Below are positions 1-10,734 of a stretch of DNA of 64,000 bases, one piece after another. The notes beneath the pieces are model-generated. The model made no database searches, was not told where the DNA came from, and worked only from the letters and a program-made list of their open reading frames with translations. Position 1 is the first letter of the stretch; every line of letters begins with the position of its first letter. A program made the position numbers and the translations under genes. This DNA comes from Octopus sinensis (taxonomy: Eukaryota): NCBI RefSeq assembly GCF_006345805.1, contig NC_042998.1:11470001-11534000 (forward strand), read 5' to 3'.

Positions 1-361
1 GTATGTGTGTGTGTATATATACATATGTGTGTATGTGTATGTATATAAATTTGTATATATATCTATATCTATATATATACATATATATATATATGTATAT
101 ATATATATACACACACTTCTACATCTCTATGTGTGTGTGTGCATATGTGTGTATATATATATGTGTGTGTGTGTGTGTGTATAAATTTATGCATATGTGT
201 ACACATATATGTATATGCATATATATATATATACATATATATATGTATATATATATATTTATTTATATATGTATATATATATATATATATACATATATAT
301 ATGTATATATATATACACACACTTCTACATCTCTATGTGTGTGTGTGTGTGCATATGTGTG

Positions 362-405
<44 letters not shown>

Positions 406-600
406 AATTTATGCATATGTGTACACATATATGTATATGCACATACGCATGTCCAGTATATATATATATGTATGTATGTATGTATGCATGTATGTATGTA
501 TGTATGTATGTATGTATGTATGTATGTATGTATGTATGTATGTATGTATGCTTCTACATCTATATGTGTGTGTATGTGCATATATATATATACACACACA
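1..600. repeat. Compound (TA)n/(TG)n/(TATG)n microsatellite block with an internally duplicated ~210-bp unit
   Basis: Direct inspection; unit acacacttctacatctctatgtg...ataaatttatgcatatgtgtacac occurs at ~111 and ~317, with a partial third copy at ~550. Confidence 0.95.
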
Positions 601-848
601 CACGGTGTTCAAAACGTCTCTCTGCAGTAAGTATTTTATTGCAAAATAAAATTAATATCTATAAGATGATATAAGACTACAATAGAATATATTAGACTTT
701 ACAGGACTTTAAAAACTTTACCAGAAGTGTTGAAAGTATTGTCCTTCATTTTCAATACAGAGGTTCACTCTTCTACACATGTTTTGAAATACATCTTGGA
801 GAGTCAGGATGAAGAAAATCACTGCGGAGAGACTTTTTAAACACCCTA
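601..848 (-). mobile_element. Internally deleted Tc1/mariner-superfamily element (MITE-like)
   Basis: 28-bp imperfect TIRs 601-628 and 821-848 (23/28 match); minus strand retains a transposase C-terminus-like peptide RRVNLCIENEGQYFQHF. Confidence 0.7.
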
Positions 849-849
849 T

Positions 850-879
850 ATGTTTGCTTATGTATATCCAGTAAATATA

Positions 880-918
<39 letters not shown>

Positions 919-1342
919 CAAATACATACCTACATATACTTACATATACGCACACAAACATACATTTACAGCATATATATATACTTGTTTGTCAGTTTCC
1001 TCTTTATTTTGTTCAATTTCATTATTATTTATTAATATAAACACTCCAACACATACAACAATTAACCTTATAATGAAAAGGAGACCAATAAAAATACTGA
1101 GAAATCTAGACCGGAAGACAGAAATATTATTATAAAAATTCAATGCATGTTTATACAACAAAAATATACTGGATATATATAAATACATATATATGTATTT
1201 GTTTATATATGTATATATATATATTTATTTATATATGTATAAATTTAAATATATATGTATATGCATATATATATATATGTATAAGTACATATGTATATAT
1301 ATGTATGTATGTATGTATATATATGGAGAGAGTGAGAGAGAC

Positions 1343-1378
<36 letters not shown>

Positions 1379-1424
1379 TACATACATACGCACTAAATAT
1401 GTGTGTTATATATTAATGCATGTA

Positions 1425-1471
<47 letters not shown>

Positions 1472-1550
1472 CATACATATATACATACATATATACATAC
1501 ATATATACACGCATACATATATATATATATATACATATATATACACTCAC

Positions 1551-1583
<33 letters not shown>

Positions 1584-1715
1584 TATATACGTATGTTTGT
1601 ATATACATTCACATGGATATATATATATATACATACATATATACATACATATATACACGCATACATATATATATAATATATATAATATATATATATATAT
1701 ATATAATATATATAG
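850..1715. repeat. (TA)n/(TACA)n microsatellite and AT-rich low-complexity block
   Basis: Direct inspection. Confidence 0.9.
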
Positions 1716-2307
1716 TGTAAACATGTAAATTTATCAATGAATAAAGAAAATATTGATGGCACTTATGAAAGTTTCACATAATTATTTAATCTTTGCTTTA
1801 AACTGTTGTTTTTTGCTGTTCATTTTCGTTGGTTTTGCTGCTTTTTTTCAGGAGTTGTTTGTAACTGATGATGATGATCACAAAAAAATATTAGGCAGAG
1901 TTGTGGTTTACGTATCGAAAACCCTTTGAACGTACACTCTTTTATTGATCGTACGATAAGGATAACAACTCTCCAGCTTAGCGCACAACATCCTGTGCAA
2001 TGAATCAAACGGGCACGTGCGCTCTGAAAATGACATCATCATCAACTTCGGTATCCTCCTTTAATACCCACTTTTCTATTCCTGGATGGATCAAACAGAA
2101 TTCCTTGAAGCAGATATACTACAGCCTTATGCCCATCCTGTCACCAAAACTCCTTTTCAAACAAACTAATATTTTGCCATGACCAAACACGTTTTCATGG
2201 AAGACTGGAAATGAAAATATCGCATGTATAAAGGTGGCAATAAGTAAATAACTATCATACAATGTTACAGTAGGAAGCACAAATAGATGCACACACTCAC
2301 ACATACA

Positions 2308-2344
<37 letters not shown>

Positions 2345-2353
<9 letters not shown>

Positions 2354-2499
2354 ATCCAAAAAGAAAACACAAAAAAAACACACCAACGCGAGGACGTGGA
2401 ACAAATAAAGTATTATTGGACGCTCAGGAAACATAGGAGAAGGAAAGATCCCGAGAAGGGAAGACAGAGGAAAAAAAATCGCTGGCGGTACTCACGAGG
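2345..2499 (-). mobile_element. Penelope-like element terminus (short non-autonomous copy), ribozyme segment absent
   Basis: Homologous to the reverse complement of 44400-44510 (aatccaaa...cgcgaggacgtggaa...tattggacgctcaggaaa); abuts (TA)n. Confidence 0.5.
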
Positions 2500-2638
2500 T
2501 CACATATCTAAAAAAAAACATAACGCACTTAATCCTCGTTAAACAAATTACCCAGCTGAAGTTTCCACGATTACTTCAAATGTTTTGCTACATCATCACT
2601 GACAGCTGTTCTGAGGAAAGCGCATATTTTCAGGATCA
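2500..2638 (+). repeat. Left arm of a ~139-bp inverted repeat (partner 4290-4427)
   Basis: Reverse complement aligns end to end with 4290-4427 with only scattered substitutions. Confidence 0.9.
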
Positions 2639-2649
2639 TAATCACAATA

Positions 2650-2795
2650 GTCTTCCTTCTGTTTCCATCTGACAAATTCATCCAAAGGTTTTGCTCAAAC
2701 CGGGGCTCTAGTTGAAGACACTTTACTAAGGTGCTATCCTGTGGGACTGAACTCAGAGCCGCGTGACCGTGAAGCCAATTTTTTTTACCACACAG
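2650..2795 (-). mobile_element. Degenerate SINE family A copy (5' half)
   Basis: gaagacactt..aaggtg..gtgggactgaac...ttaccacacag matches family A on the minus strand. Confidence 0.55.
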
Positions 2796-3484
2796 TTATA
2801 ACTGATGTTAATTCTTTTTCTTTTACTTTGTCAACCTGTTGTATGTCTAAATGTCTTGTAAAGCCATCTGGTATTAGATTTGTAGCAGCTGAGTTCATTA
2901 TCAACGTAGGTCTTCTAAGGGCTTGTTCGTTGGGCTTGATAAAATCAGCTACCAAACCACACTCCAACCCCACCCAACCGTCTCTCTAGATTATGTAGTC
3001 CTAGATACACTACTTGATCATGGCTACTTTGCACTAAACTACAACAACCATCTGGTCGATTGAGACTACCATGGAGCTTAGCAACAGCAGCAGCAACAAT
3101 ATTATAGGGTTGCAACTGCTTCAGTCGGTGTGTTATGAAGCAATGGTCTTGCCACGTCATCGTTCTTAAAAGGTGATCACAGTGAAGATATTAAACTCTC
3201 TGTACTTGAATCTACCTAATTGTAAATGTAAACAACGAAAGACTACATATAACTTCTTTGGGTATCAAATGCACTCATTATTAGTACTATGTTCTACTAA
3301 ATATGCATGAATTTCAAAGGTAACACCGTAACATAAAGTGTTTTAAATTTGTACATGTATGTCATTTGTCAAGCTCTTCAGAAAACACTGTCTTTCAGCA
3401 AGTATCAGTAAGAGTGTCTCAGTATGGTCAGTCGACCTGCAAGGAAAAGCAATCAAAATTCCATAACATCATACTCTACTGTGA

Positions 3485-3650
3485 AGGCTTGTGGCCTAGT
3501 AGTTAGAAAAGTCGCATTCATGATTGCAAGACTGTGGCTTTGATACCCCCACCGGATGATGCCATGTTGAGTAAAACACTTCACCTCACGTATCTCTAGT
3601 CCACTACCGTGAGTAACCTAGTGGCAGGCTGGCGTCCAGTTCAGGGCAGA
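3485..3650 (+). mobile_element. Old tRNA-derived SINE with V-domain-like segment
   Basis: A-box-like gtggcctagtagttag head, ttgagtaaaacactt core-like segment, ggctggcgtccagttcaggg V-like motif. Confidence 0.45.
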
Positions 3651-4289
3651 GGTAGGGTGGTCTTGGTCATTTATGCACCGTGGAAACCGAGTAACCGGTC
3701 CTGTAAGTTCTAGGACTCGAAGAAGTACTTTTTTCACGATGTCTGCAAGTGATATGTGAAAAGTTTCGCCGAGACAGCAATATGACTTTCTACCGAATTA
3801 TGAAAAGAAAAGGATGCATTAGAAATTATCGATCTTCATCCCTTAAAAAGACGGAAATAACGCAAATAGAATGACTTTGATCAAGCCCAACATAGGATGA
3901 TGTAGCTGCAAGAGTATTCATGTCATATCTGTGTGGCAGAAAATGAAATAGATTCAACATAAGTCGATTGCATTGCAGAACCTGATTCTCCTGCAAAATT
4001 GATACTCTTTTGTTTCATCTAACCTCGCATCTACACCTATACAAAATAGTATTTACATCTATGCCAAGATTCTTACTACAAGTAAGTTACGTGATCAGTT
4101 ACCCGTTTTAGCTTGCCTTCTCCACATTCGTGCGTCATGTGTTTATGCGTAATCGGCCTCGTAAACCCAATGCTGTATAGTTAGAGGGTATTGCAGGTTT
4201 CAAATGGGCTTTATAGGGATTTACTCGTTCTTGACAGATGAAACACGTTCTGGTCCAACTAGGAAAGCTATCTTTTTACGTAGTCTTTC

Positions 4290-4427
4290 TGATCCTGAAA
4301 ATATGCGCTTTCCTCAGAACAGCTTTCAGTGATGATGTAGCAAAGCATTCGAAGAAATCGTGGGAGCTTCAGCTGGGTAATTTGTTTAACGAGGATTAAG
4401 TGCGTTGTGTTTTTTTTAGATATGTGA
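4290..4427 (-). repeat. Right arm of a ~139-bp inverted repeat (partner 2500-2638)
   Basis: Reverse-complement match to 2500-2638. Confidence 0.9.
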
Positions 4428-5267
4428 AGTGATTGTGCTTTTTCATGGAGGAAACTAGATTGGCATGGCCCTACTGGAAGATGCTTTTGATTCGAGTACC
4501 GGGTATTAATTATGTAAGAATATATGTTAAGAAAGTATCAGGATGCAGTGACTTTTACTGTACTCATAATTATATTGTGACAGTTTCCTTTGATCTCTTT
4601 GGCAATCTTGACAGAGAGTTCTCAGATAATTGCGCCCAGATTGTTGACATGCGGTTTCTTTGGAACATGATCATGGTAGAAGTGCAGTAGATCCCCACAC
4701 AAGGAAATTAGCAGATAGTGATGGTTGGATTACATACTCCGGTTCCAGCCTACTACTGTGTGTGTGTGTGTGTGTATCTTTTAGGTTTTACTTATTTCAG
4801 TCAATCATACATACATACATACACACATACATACATGCATAATGACTGATTGATTGGTACAATTTACATGTTATACGGAGAAAGAGGGAGGGAGAGAGAG
4901 AGAGAGAGATTGCACATGAGAAATGTAGGATGGGTTTAGTACTGGGCTTGGTGACAGGCAACGAATAAAAGAACGTCGTATACACACAGTAAAAGAAAAC
5001 GAATCATAGAAAGGAGGAAGACGGGAGGTGAATGACAGAGTAATTATGGTAGGAGTTATGCAAATGGAAAATTTATCATATTTCATTTTAAGTTCATAGA
5101 TATTTTTTCTTTGAATATTAGTATCCATTTCATCAATTTGTATATGCACCAGCTAATATGATAATTATATATTATAATTATTTTATGCTTGCCATATTTC
5201 TCGATTTTAGCCATGACGACAAAAGTATTCTTCCAACGTTACCCATCATGTGAGAAACAACACTCTA

Positions 5268-5324
<57 letters not shown>

Positions 5325-5619
5325 ATGAAGAGAAAGCGAGAGATGAGGATGAAGGAGAAACAGAGACAGAGACAATGGCAAATTAGATATATTAAATATA
5401 ACATTTTGGGTATGAATTACAAAATATGGATATATGTATACGCGCAAAACGAGAGAAAGCAAAGAGTGAAAACTTTCAGATGAATATTTAAGTATAATTA
5501 TATAGATATTTATATTAAAAGATCCAACTTACAAAGAGTACAAGCGACCAGTCTTAACACTTCCCATAACCCCACCGATCTTCCTGCTTCCTCCCTCTAA
5601 TCCGCTACCTCTCAACATT

Positions 5620-5850
5620 TAATCATTCCATCTTTAAACATCTCTGTACTAAGATCTGAAATGTTAGATCTTTTCTACCCAGATTACGTTGATTGCTTCC
5701 ATTACAGTCGCATGTTGTGATGAACTGCATCTACCACCAGTAGATTAAGTCAAACAGCTGTTGGACTTAAAACACCTTTCTCCCACACCTTCAACTTTCT
5801 CTGTCGTTTGTACTCTGAGTAGTTTGATCTATTTAATATATCTAATTTGT
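5620..5850 (+). repeat. Dispersed repeat, paralog of 46745-47000 (possible Penelope pLTR relic)
   Basis: Shared ordered blocks cattccatcttt, taagatctgaaatgt, aaacagctgttgg and ttctctgt.gtttgtactc. Confidence 0.7.
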
Positions 5851-6299
5851 TTATCTGCATAATTGCCTCTACATCCGCTCAACTTGATCCCTCTTATAGT
5901 CATTCTTTACCCCGTGGTATACCTACACGCGCGTACGCACACGCACGCACAAATACACACACGCATACATACATATACATATAAATATATACTAGTATAC
6001 CTGTATCGTCAAAAATGCCCCCAGTTTTACTGATGATAGAAAGTGGGACATCAACATAATGAGAGGACGTCTTCTATCTTTTCTCTTTTCAACGAAAATA
6101 TTTTCCCAGCGTTCACTATTTTCCTCTCGTTCTAGTGTAATGACCCTCTATGTTTTTGTTCGGCTTCCTTGTATGTCTTCACTGACCTGTTTTTGTTCCC
6201 AACTTTGACCCCCCTCATAAATTCAAAATTTTTATTTTGGAATTTATGGGAGTAATGTCTTCGAAGACTCATATTGTCATTGAATGCTGCAAATGAGGA

Positions 6300-6460
6300 A
6301 TAGATAGACAGCCGGCAACTGATGAAGGGTTGTTCTCCGTGTTACTTGTCCTGTTTTCCTTTTTTTATTCTCGTTGTGTCTGTATTTAACTCGCTGCTTT
6401 TTTCGTACTTCATGTTGTTTTGTTGTTTACACAGTTGGTGATGTCCTGTACCCATATATA
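6300..6460 (+). mobile_element. Probable Penelope-like terminus fragment next to (TA)n
   Basis: CTGATGAAGGG at 6319-6329, then a T-rich tail ending gatgtcctgtacccatata and a (TA)n array; no downstream GAAA. Confidence 0.3.
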
Positions 6461-6474
6461 TGTGTAAGTGTATG

Positions 6475-6545
<71 letters not shown>

Positions 6546-6546
<1 letters not shown>

Positions 6547-7150
6547 TGGGATTGGGCAAAATAATGGAAACACCTTAAAATTTCAAACAAATTTATTTTA
6601 ATATGTGGTAGGACCGCCTTTGGCAGTAATTACAGCTTGAATTCTACGAGGTATGGACTCGGACAAAATTTGAATTGTTTCCAAAGGAATTTTTGTCCAT
6701 TTTTCAGCTAAAGCAGTCTCCAGTTCTTGTAGTGATGGTGCTGGAGGATATCGACTCCTTACTTGTTTGTCTATAATGCACCATAAATGTTCAATAATAT
6801 TGAGATCTTGGGAGTATGATGGCCAGATAAGATGTTCGACTTCACTAGAATGTTCCTCGTGACATTCAGTAACAACTTTAGCTGTGTGAATTGGTGCATT
6901 ATGCTGAAAGATTGCGTTTCCCTCCGGAAACAGTTCCGCAACCATAGGATGAGTTTGATCAGATAAAATTCTTAAAAAGTTTAATTATGCCATGAAGAGT
7001 AACCAGTGAACCGGCGGATTTCCAAGATATCCCCCCCCCTTATCCCAGATCATCACAGATCCTCCTCCAGTTGGAAGAAGGCGGTCTGGGTCAAACGCTT
7101 CTCTTGGCCGTCTCCACACGTATACTCGGCCGGTGGTGGGAAATAAGGTA
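6546..7150 (-). mobile_element. Tc1-like (DD34E) transposon, 3' fragment
   Basis: ORF 6598-6945: FQHNAPIHTA, WPSYSQDLNIIEHLW, SIPRRIQAVITAKGGPTTY; upstream RVYVWRR and GGGSVMIW motifs. Confidence 0.9.
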
Positions 7151-7347
7151 TGTATATATATATATAATATATATATATATAATATATATATATAATATAT
7201 AGACACACAGAGAAAGAGAGAGAAGGGGAAAGGGAGATATGTCTATATATGTGCATGTATATATGTATGCATGTATGAATCTATATATATATGTATATGT
7301 TTATATAAACGTATATGTGTGTGAGTATATGTATGTATGTATATATG

Positions 7348-7415
<68 letters not shown>

Positions 7416-8124
7416 TGTCATAAACATATATATGTATGTATAAATATGTATGTCATTCAACTACTACCGTAGCACGCACGCGCACCATGTTTCAAAGTTT
7501 GTTGTTAATTCGATTCTTAACCAAACTGTTAACATTTTTGAAGAGAACTGGTCCCTAGCTACATTTTGGCATAAAAAATTGAGATTTGATCCAGTAGAGA
7601 AAAGCTTACATCAAAATTTGTAGCAACCTTATAGGAGAATAGGTAACGCCACCAATCAAGTTTAGACCTAAATAACGTTTTTTTTTAATTTTAAAAGCAA
7701 AATATATTTATCTTAGCTTCAATGATAAAAGAAAGCACGAAGGATTTCATAGTTTTGTTCCCATGCAACAAAAATGTCGTGAGGTAAAATATCATGAACA
7801 AAATTTAAGGCCAAAAATTGGATTTAAGTATAATTAACTATTTTTATTTTTAAAACAAACTATATTTTAATTAAGCATTAATGATAGAGCTCAATTTCAG
7901 GAATTTCATGGTATCAGTCTCATGCAATGAAGTTTTAAAAGAAAAACGTTATGAGTGCTTCTACCTCAAATTTGAGGGGGATAATATAATTCTATATTTT
8001 TTATGAATATAGTTCCATAAGGGGACTTTCAATGTGTCACCGGCGTCATTGAGGTAAAGAAAAAATGATAAACGACACCGCTAATTAACACATTTAGCAC
8101 ATTTTTCATTAACATAATAACAAA

Positions 8125-8315
8125 GCCTGGAAAAAACATGGATCACGTGGAAAAATGCGAGCAAGAAAAATAATATTCTTAAGATTATAAACGTGGAAAA
8201 TTACAGGACAATTTATTACACCTGGAAAAGTTCAGGATAGCTTATTACCTCTGATAAAGTACAGACCAAGAACATTTTTACTTAAAATATTGCAGCTAAG
8301 AATAAAATTTGAATA
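8125..8315 (+). repeat. Dispersed AT-rich repeat with ctggaaaagt subrepeats (third copy of the 20008-20493 arms)
   Basis: ggaaaaatgcgagc..aatattcttaagattataaac.tggaaaa...cttaaaatattgcagc shared with 20008-20160. Confidence 0.85.
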
Positions 8316-9234
8316 TTAAGAATTATTTTATTTTAATTTACAAAGTAACATTATAACTAAAAAAAGGTACGATCATTATGTTAAAATATTGACACACTAA
8401 AATACTTAAAAAGTGAGAGCCAGAAGTTCCAGTATAGCTAAAGTTTTATGCAAAGTAGAATAGTATACATGGTAGGCAAATTCATTATGTAAAAAATAGG
8501 CATTGGGTCAAGACTTAAAGTGTGAAGACTAGGCAATAACTTAAGCAATAACCCAACAAATTTAACTGTGATATTGTTGTTATAGGTAGATTTTACGGTA
8601 ATATATAACTAAGTTTTGTATTTTTCTATGTATTGTACTAGCTAATTGTGTACTACTATTATTTTTATAACCTATTTTCACATGTCTAATTATAAATTAA
8701 TAATTATAAATTATTATAATTATAAATTTTTATAATTAATATATAATTATGAATTGATAATTAAAAAAATGAATTTTTTAAGTGCAAAGAATATTTTGAG
8801 TTATTTTTTATGTTTATTAGAAGTGATAAGTAATAACAAATGGAAGTAATAACTTGCAGTAAAAATTTTAGTTTTAATAAAAGCCAAAAGCTTGTATCAG
8901 AAAGGTGAAATGATGGGAAAATGGAGCAAAACGAAAGAAACAATAATATTTTGAAAACAAGTGTTTGATATTTGATTTCGTATAGATATTTGAGTGTGTG
9001 TGTGTGTAACAGATGAAGTAAATTCAATTTACGATAAAAACTCCGCAGTTTAATTTTGAGTAAAATGCCAGCGTCTTTCAGAGCAAAAATCTTTGAAGGC
9101 TGTTCGCATGCTTTACTGCCTGTGACTGTCAGTTACTTCCACTCCGTTTTTGTTTTATTTTTCTTTCCCCCATGCGTGACCGACAGATCTCATTAAGTTT
9201 TATTATATGTGTGATATATATATATATATATATC

Positions 9235-9430
9235 ATACATGATAGATCGTTAGCTCTTACACGCATTTTTTTCTCTCCTTGTTTTTTTCCTTGTATCTTT
9301 CTGTCGAAGAGCGTAGGCTCGAAACGTAAAAGACTTGTTTTATTTCTATTCTTGGGCGCCATACTAATACATTTGTTCGTTTGTACTCCACCTGCCTTCG
9401 TCTTTTGTTTATTTTCGTAAACCTTCCCAT
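9235..9430 (+). mobile_element. ~200-bp Penelope-terminus/retrozyme-like element between two (TA)n arrays
   Basis: Contains a minimal hammerhead fold; (TA)n at ~9216-9234 and ~9431-9452. Confidence 0.6.
9296..9333 (+). ncRNA. Minimal type I hammerhead ribozyme motif (non-canonical A6>U)
   Basis: Stem I TCTTT/AAAGA; core CTGTCGA+A; stem II GAGC-GTAG-GCTC; GAAA; palindromic ACGT stem III; GUA cleavage triplet 9326-9328. Confidence 0.65.
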
Positions 9431-9849
9431 TATATATATATATATATATATATCACCATATTTCCTTATTACACTAATGTGTTACCCTTTGCTTCCATCT
9501 AATTATTTTTCTTAGCCCCACAGTTGTTACTTTGTAATATTTCTTCTTTTTCTTTTTCTTCCTCACTCGTCCTACTCATCTGTTCATTAGACACACTCTC
9601 TATATGAATGTTGGAGGCAGAGGTTCGGTGTGCTACTTGCAGTCTCTTAGTTTGCCTATCAAACCTCTAATTCAATTTATCTTTTTAATATTTCTAGCGT
9701 TAATAAGTATTTGATTTACAGGTTTTAGTCTAATTTATAATTTCATTGCTGCATTTAATTCACTGGTAGTTTTTTTTTTTTATTCAATTCGCGTTATTAC
9801 GTCGGACAAAACGCTTAACGGCATTTTCTTCCAGTTTTTATATTTTTTA

Positions 9850-9960
9850 GTTCAAAAACCTCTGAGGTCGATTTTGCCTTTCATCCATTCGATGTTGATA
9901 AACAAGTACCAGTTAAACACTAGGGTCGATGTTTATTCGACTATCCCCCCACACACAAAT
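9850..9960 (+). mobile_element. SINE family B fragment
   Basis: gaggtcgattttgcctttcatcc...aagtaccagtt...gggtcgat matches family B copies at 41025 and 55915. Confidence 0.75.
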
Positions 9961-9984
9961 AATTCAGATCTTGTAAGAAAGGAT

Positions 9985-9993
9985 TATTATTAC

Positions 9994-10029
<36 letters not shown>

Positions 10030-10117
10030 TATTATTATTATTATTATTATCATTATTATTATTATTATTATTATCATTATTATTATTATCATTATTATTA
10101 TTATCATTATTATTATT
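9985..10117. repeat. (CAT)n/(TAT)n trinucleotide array
   Basis: Direct inspection. Confidence 0.95.
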
Positions 10118-10530
10118 GCCTTTGCACAGCTTCTAAGGCTGGCAATGTAATACGGTGTGAGCTGTTCACTACCAGTGAACTAAGGTAACGCCCCTTATAT
10201 TTCGAGCACCTTCCGGAGTATTCAAGCGGTTCCAAGCAGAGCTGTTTTCTGCAAGTGCTCCACTCTTATTGCAGCCCCTATTTGATCCATGTACTTCTTA
10301 AAATTTTTACTCACTGTTCCTAGGGCTCCGACCATTATTGGTACTACTACCACCTTTTCTCATCGATCACAACTGCTTAAGTTCCCAAGCTAACCTGTTA
10401 TATATATCGACTTTTCTTTCTTCCTTATCGCATACCTTGTTGTCAGCTGAGCATGCTATATCTATGATCTGGCATCGTTTGCTTTCTTTCTCAATTAAGA
10501 CTATGCCTAGCTTCCTATTCTCTAGCTCAT
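10118..10530 (-). mobile_element. R4/Dong-like non-LTR retrotransposon, 3' fragment (REL endonuclease end plus 3' UTR)
   Basis: Minus strand gives LQKTALLGTA*ILRKVLEI, preceded by a frameshifted PIIIGALGTV-type segment. Confidence 0.8.
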
Positions 10531-10538
10531 GATCGCAC

Positions 10539-10575
<37 letters not shown>

Positions 10576-10605
10576 TATTATTATTATATTATTATTATTA
10601 TTATA

Positions 10606-10642
<37 letters not shown>

Positions 10643-10720
10643 TATTATATTATTATTATCATTATTATTATTATTATGATTATTATTATTATTTATTATT
10701 ATTATTATTATATTATTATT
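10539..10720. repeat. (TAT)n [(TAA)n on the minus strand] array
   Basis: Direct inspection. Confidence 0.95.
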
Positions 10721-10734
10721 TTCATAAATACACA

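Noticed and set aside
3-1762. Long YIYI/VCVC/MYVC/THTH ORFs here and throughout the window
   Set aside because: Translations of dinucleotide and tetranucleotide microsatellites that lack stop codons by composition
1851-2182. Exon-like block after a ttttttcag acceptor
   Set aside because: All frames hit stops within ~80-150 nt, no donor, no recognisable protein motif
9874-10188. Poly-His/poly-Tyr ORF
   Set aside because: (CAT)n/(TAT)n array between a SINE fragment and a LINE tail
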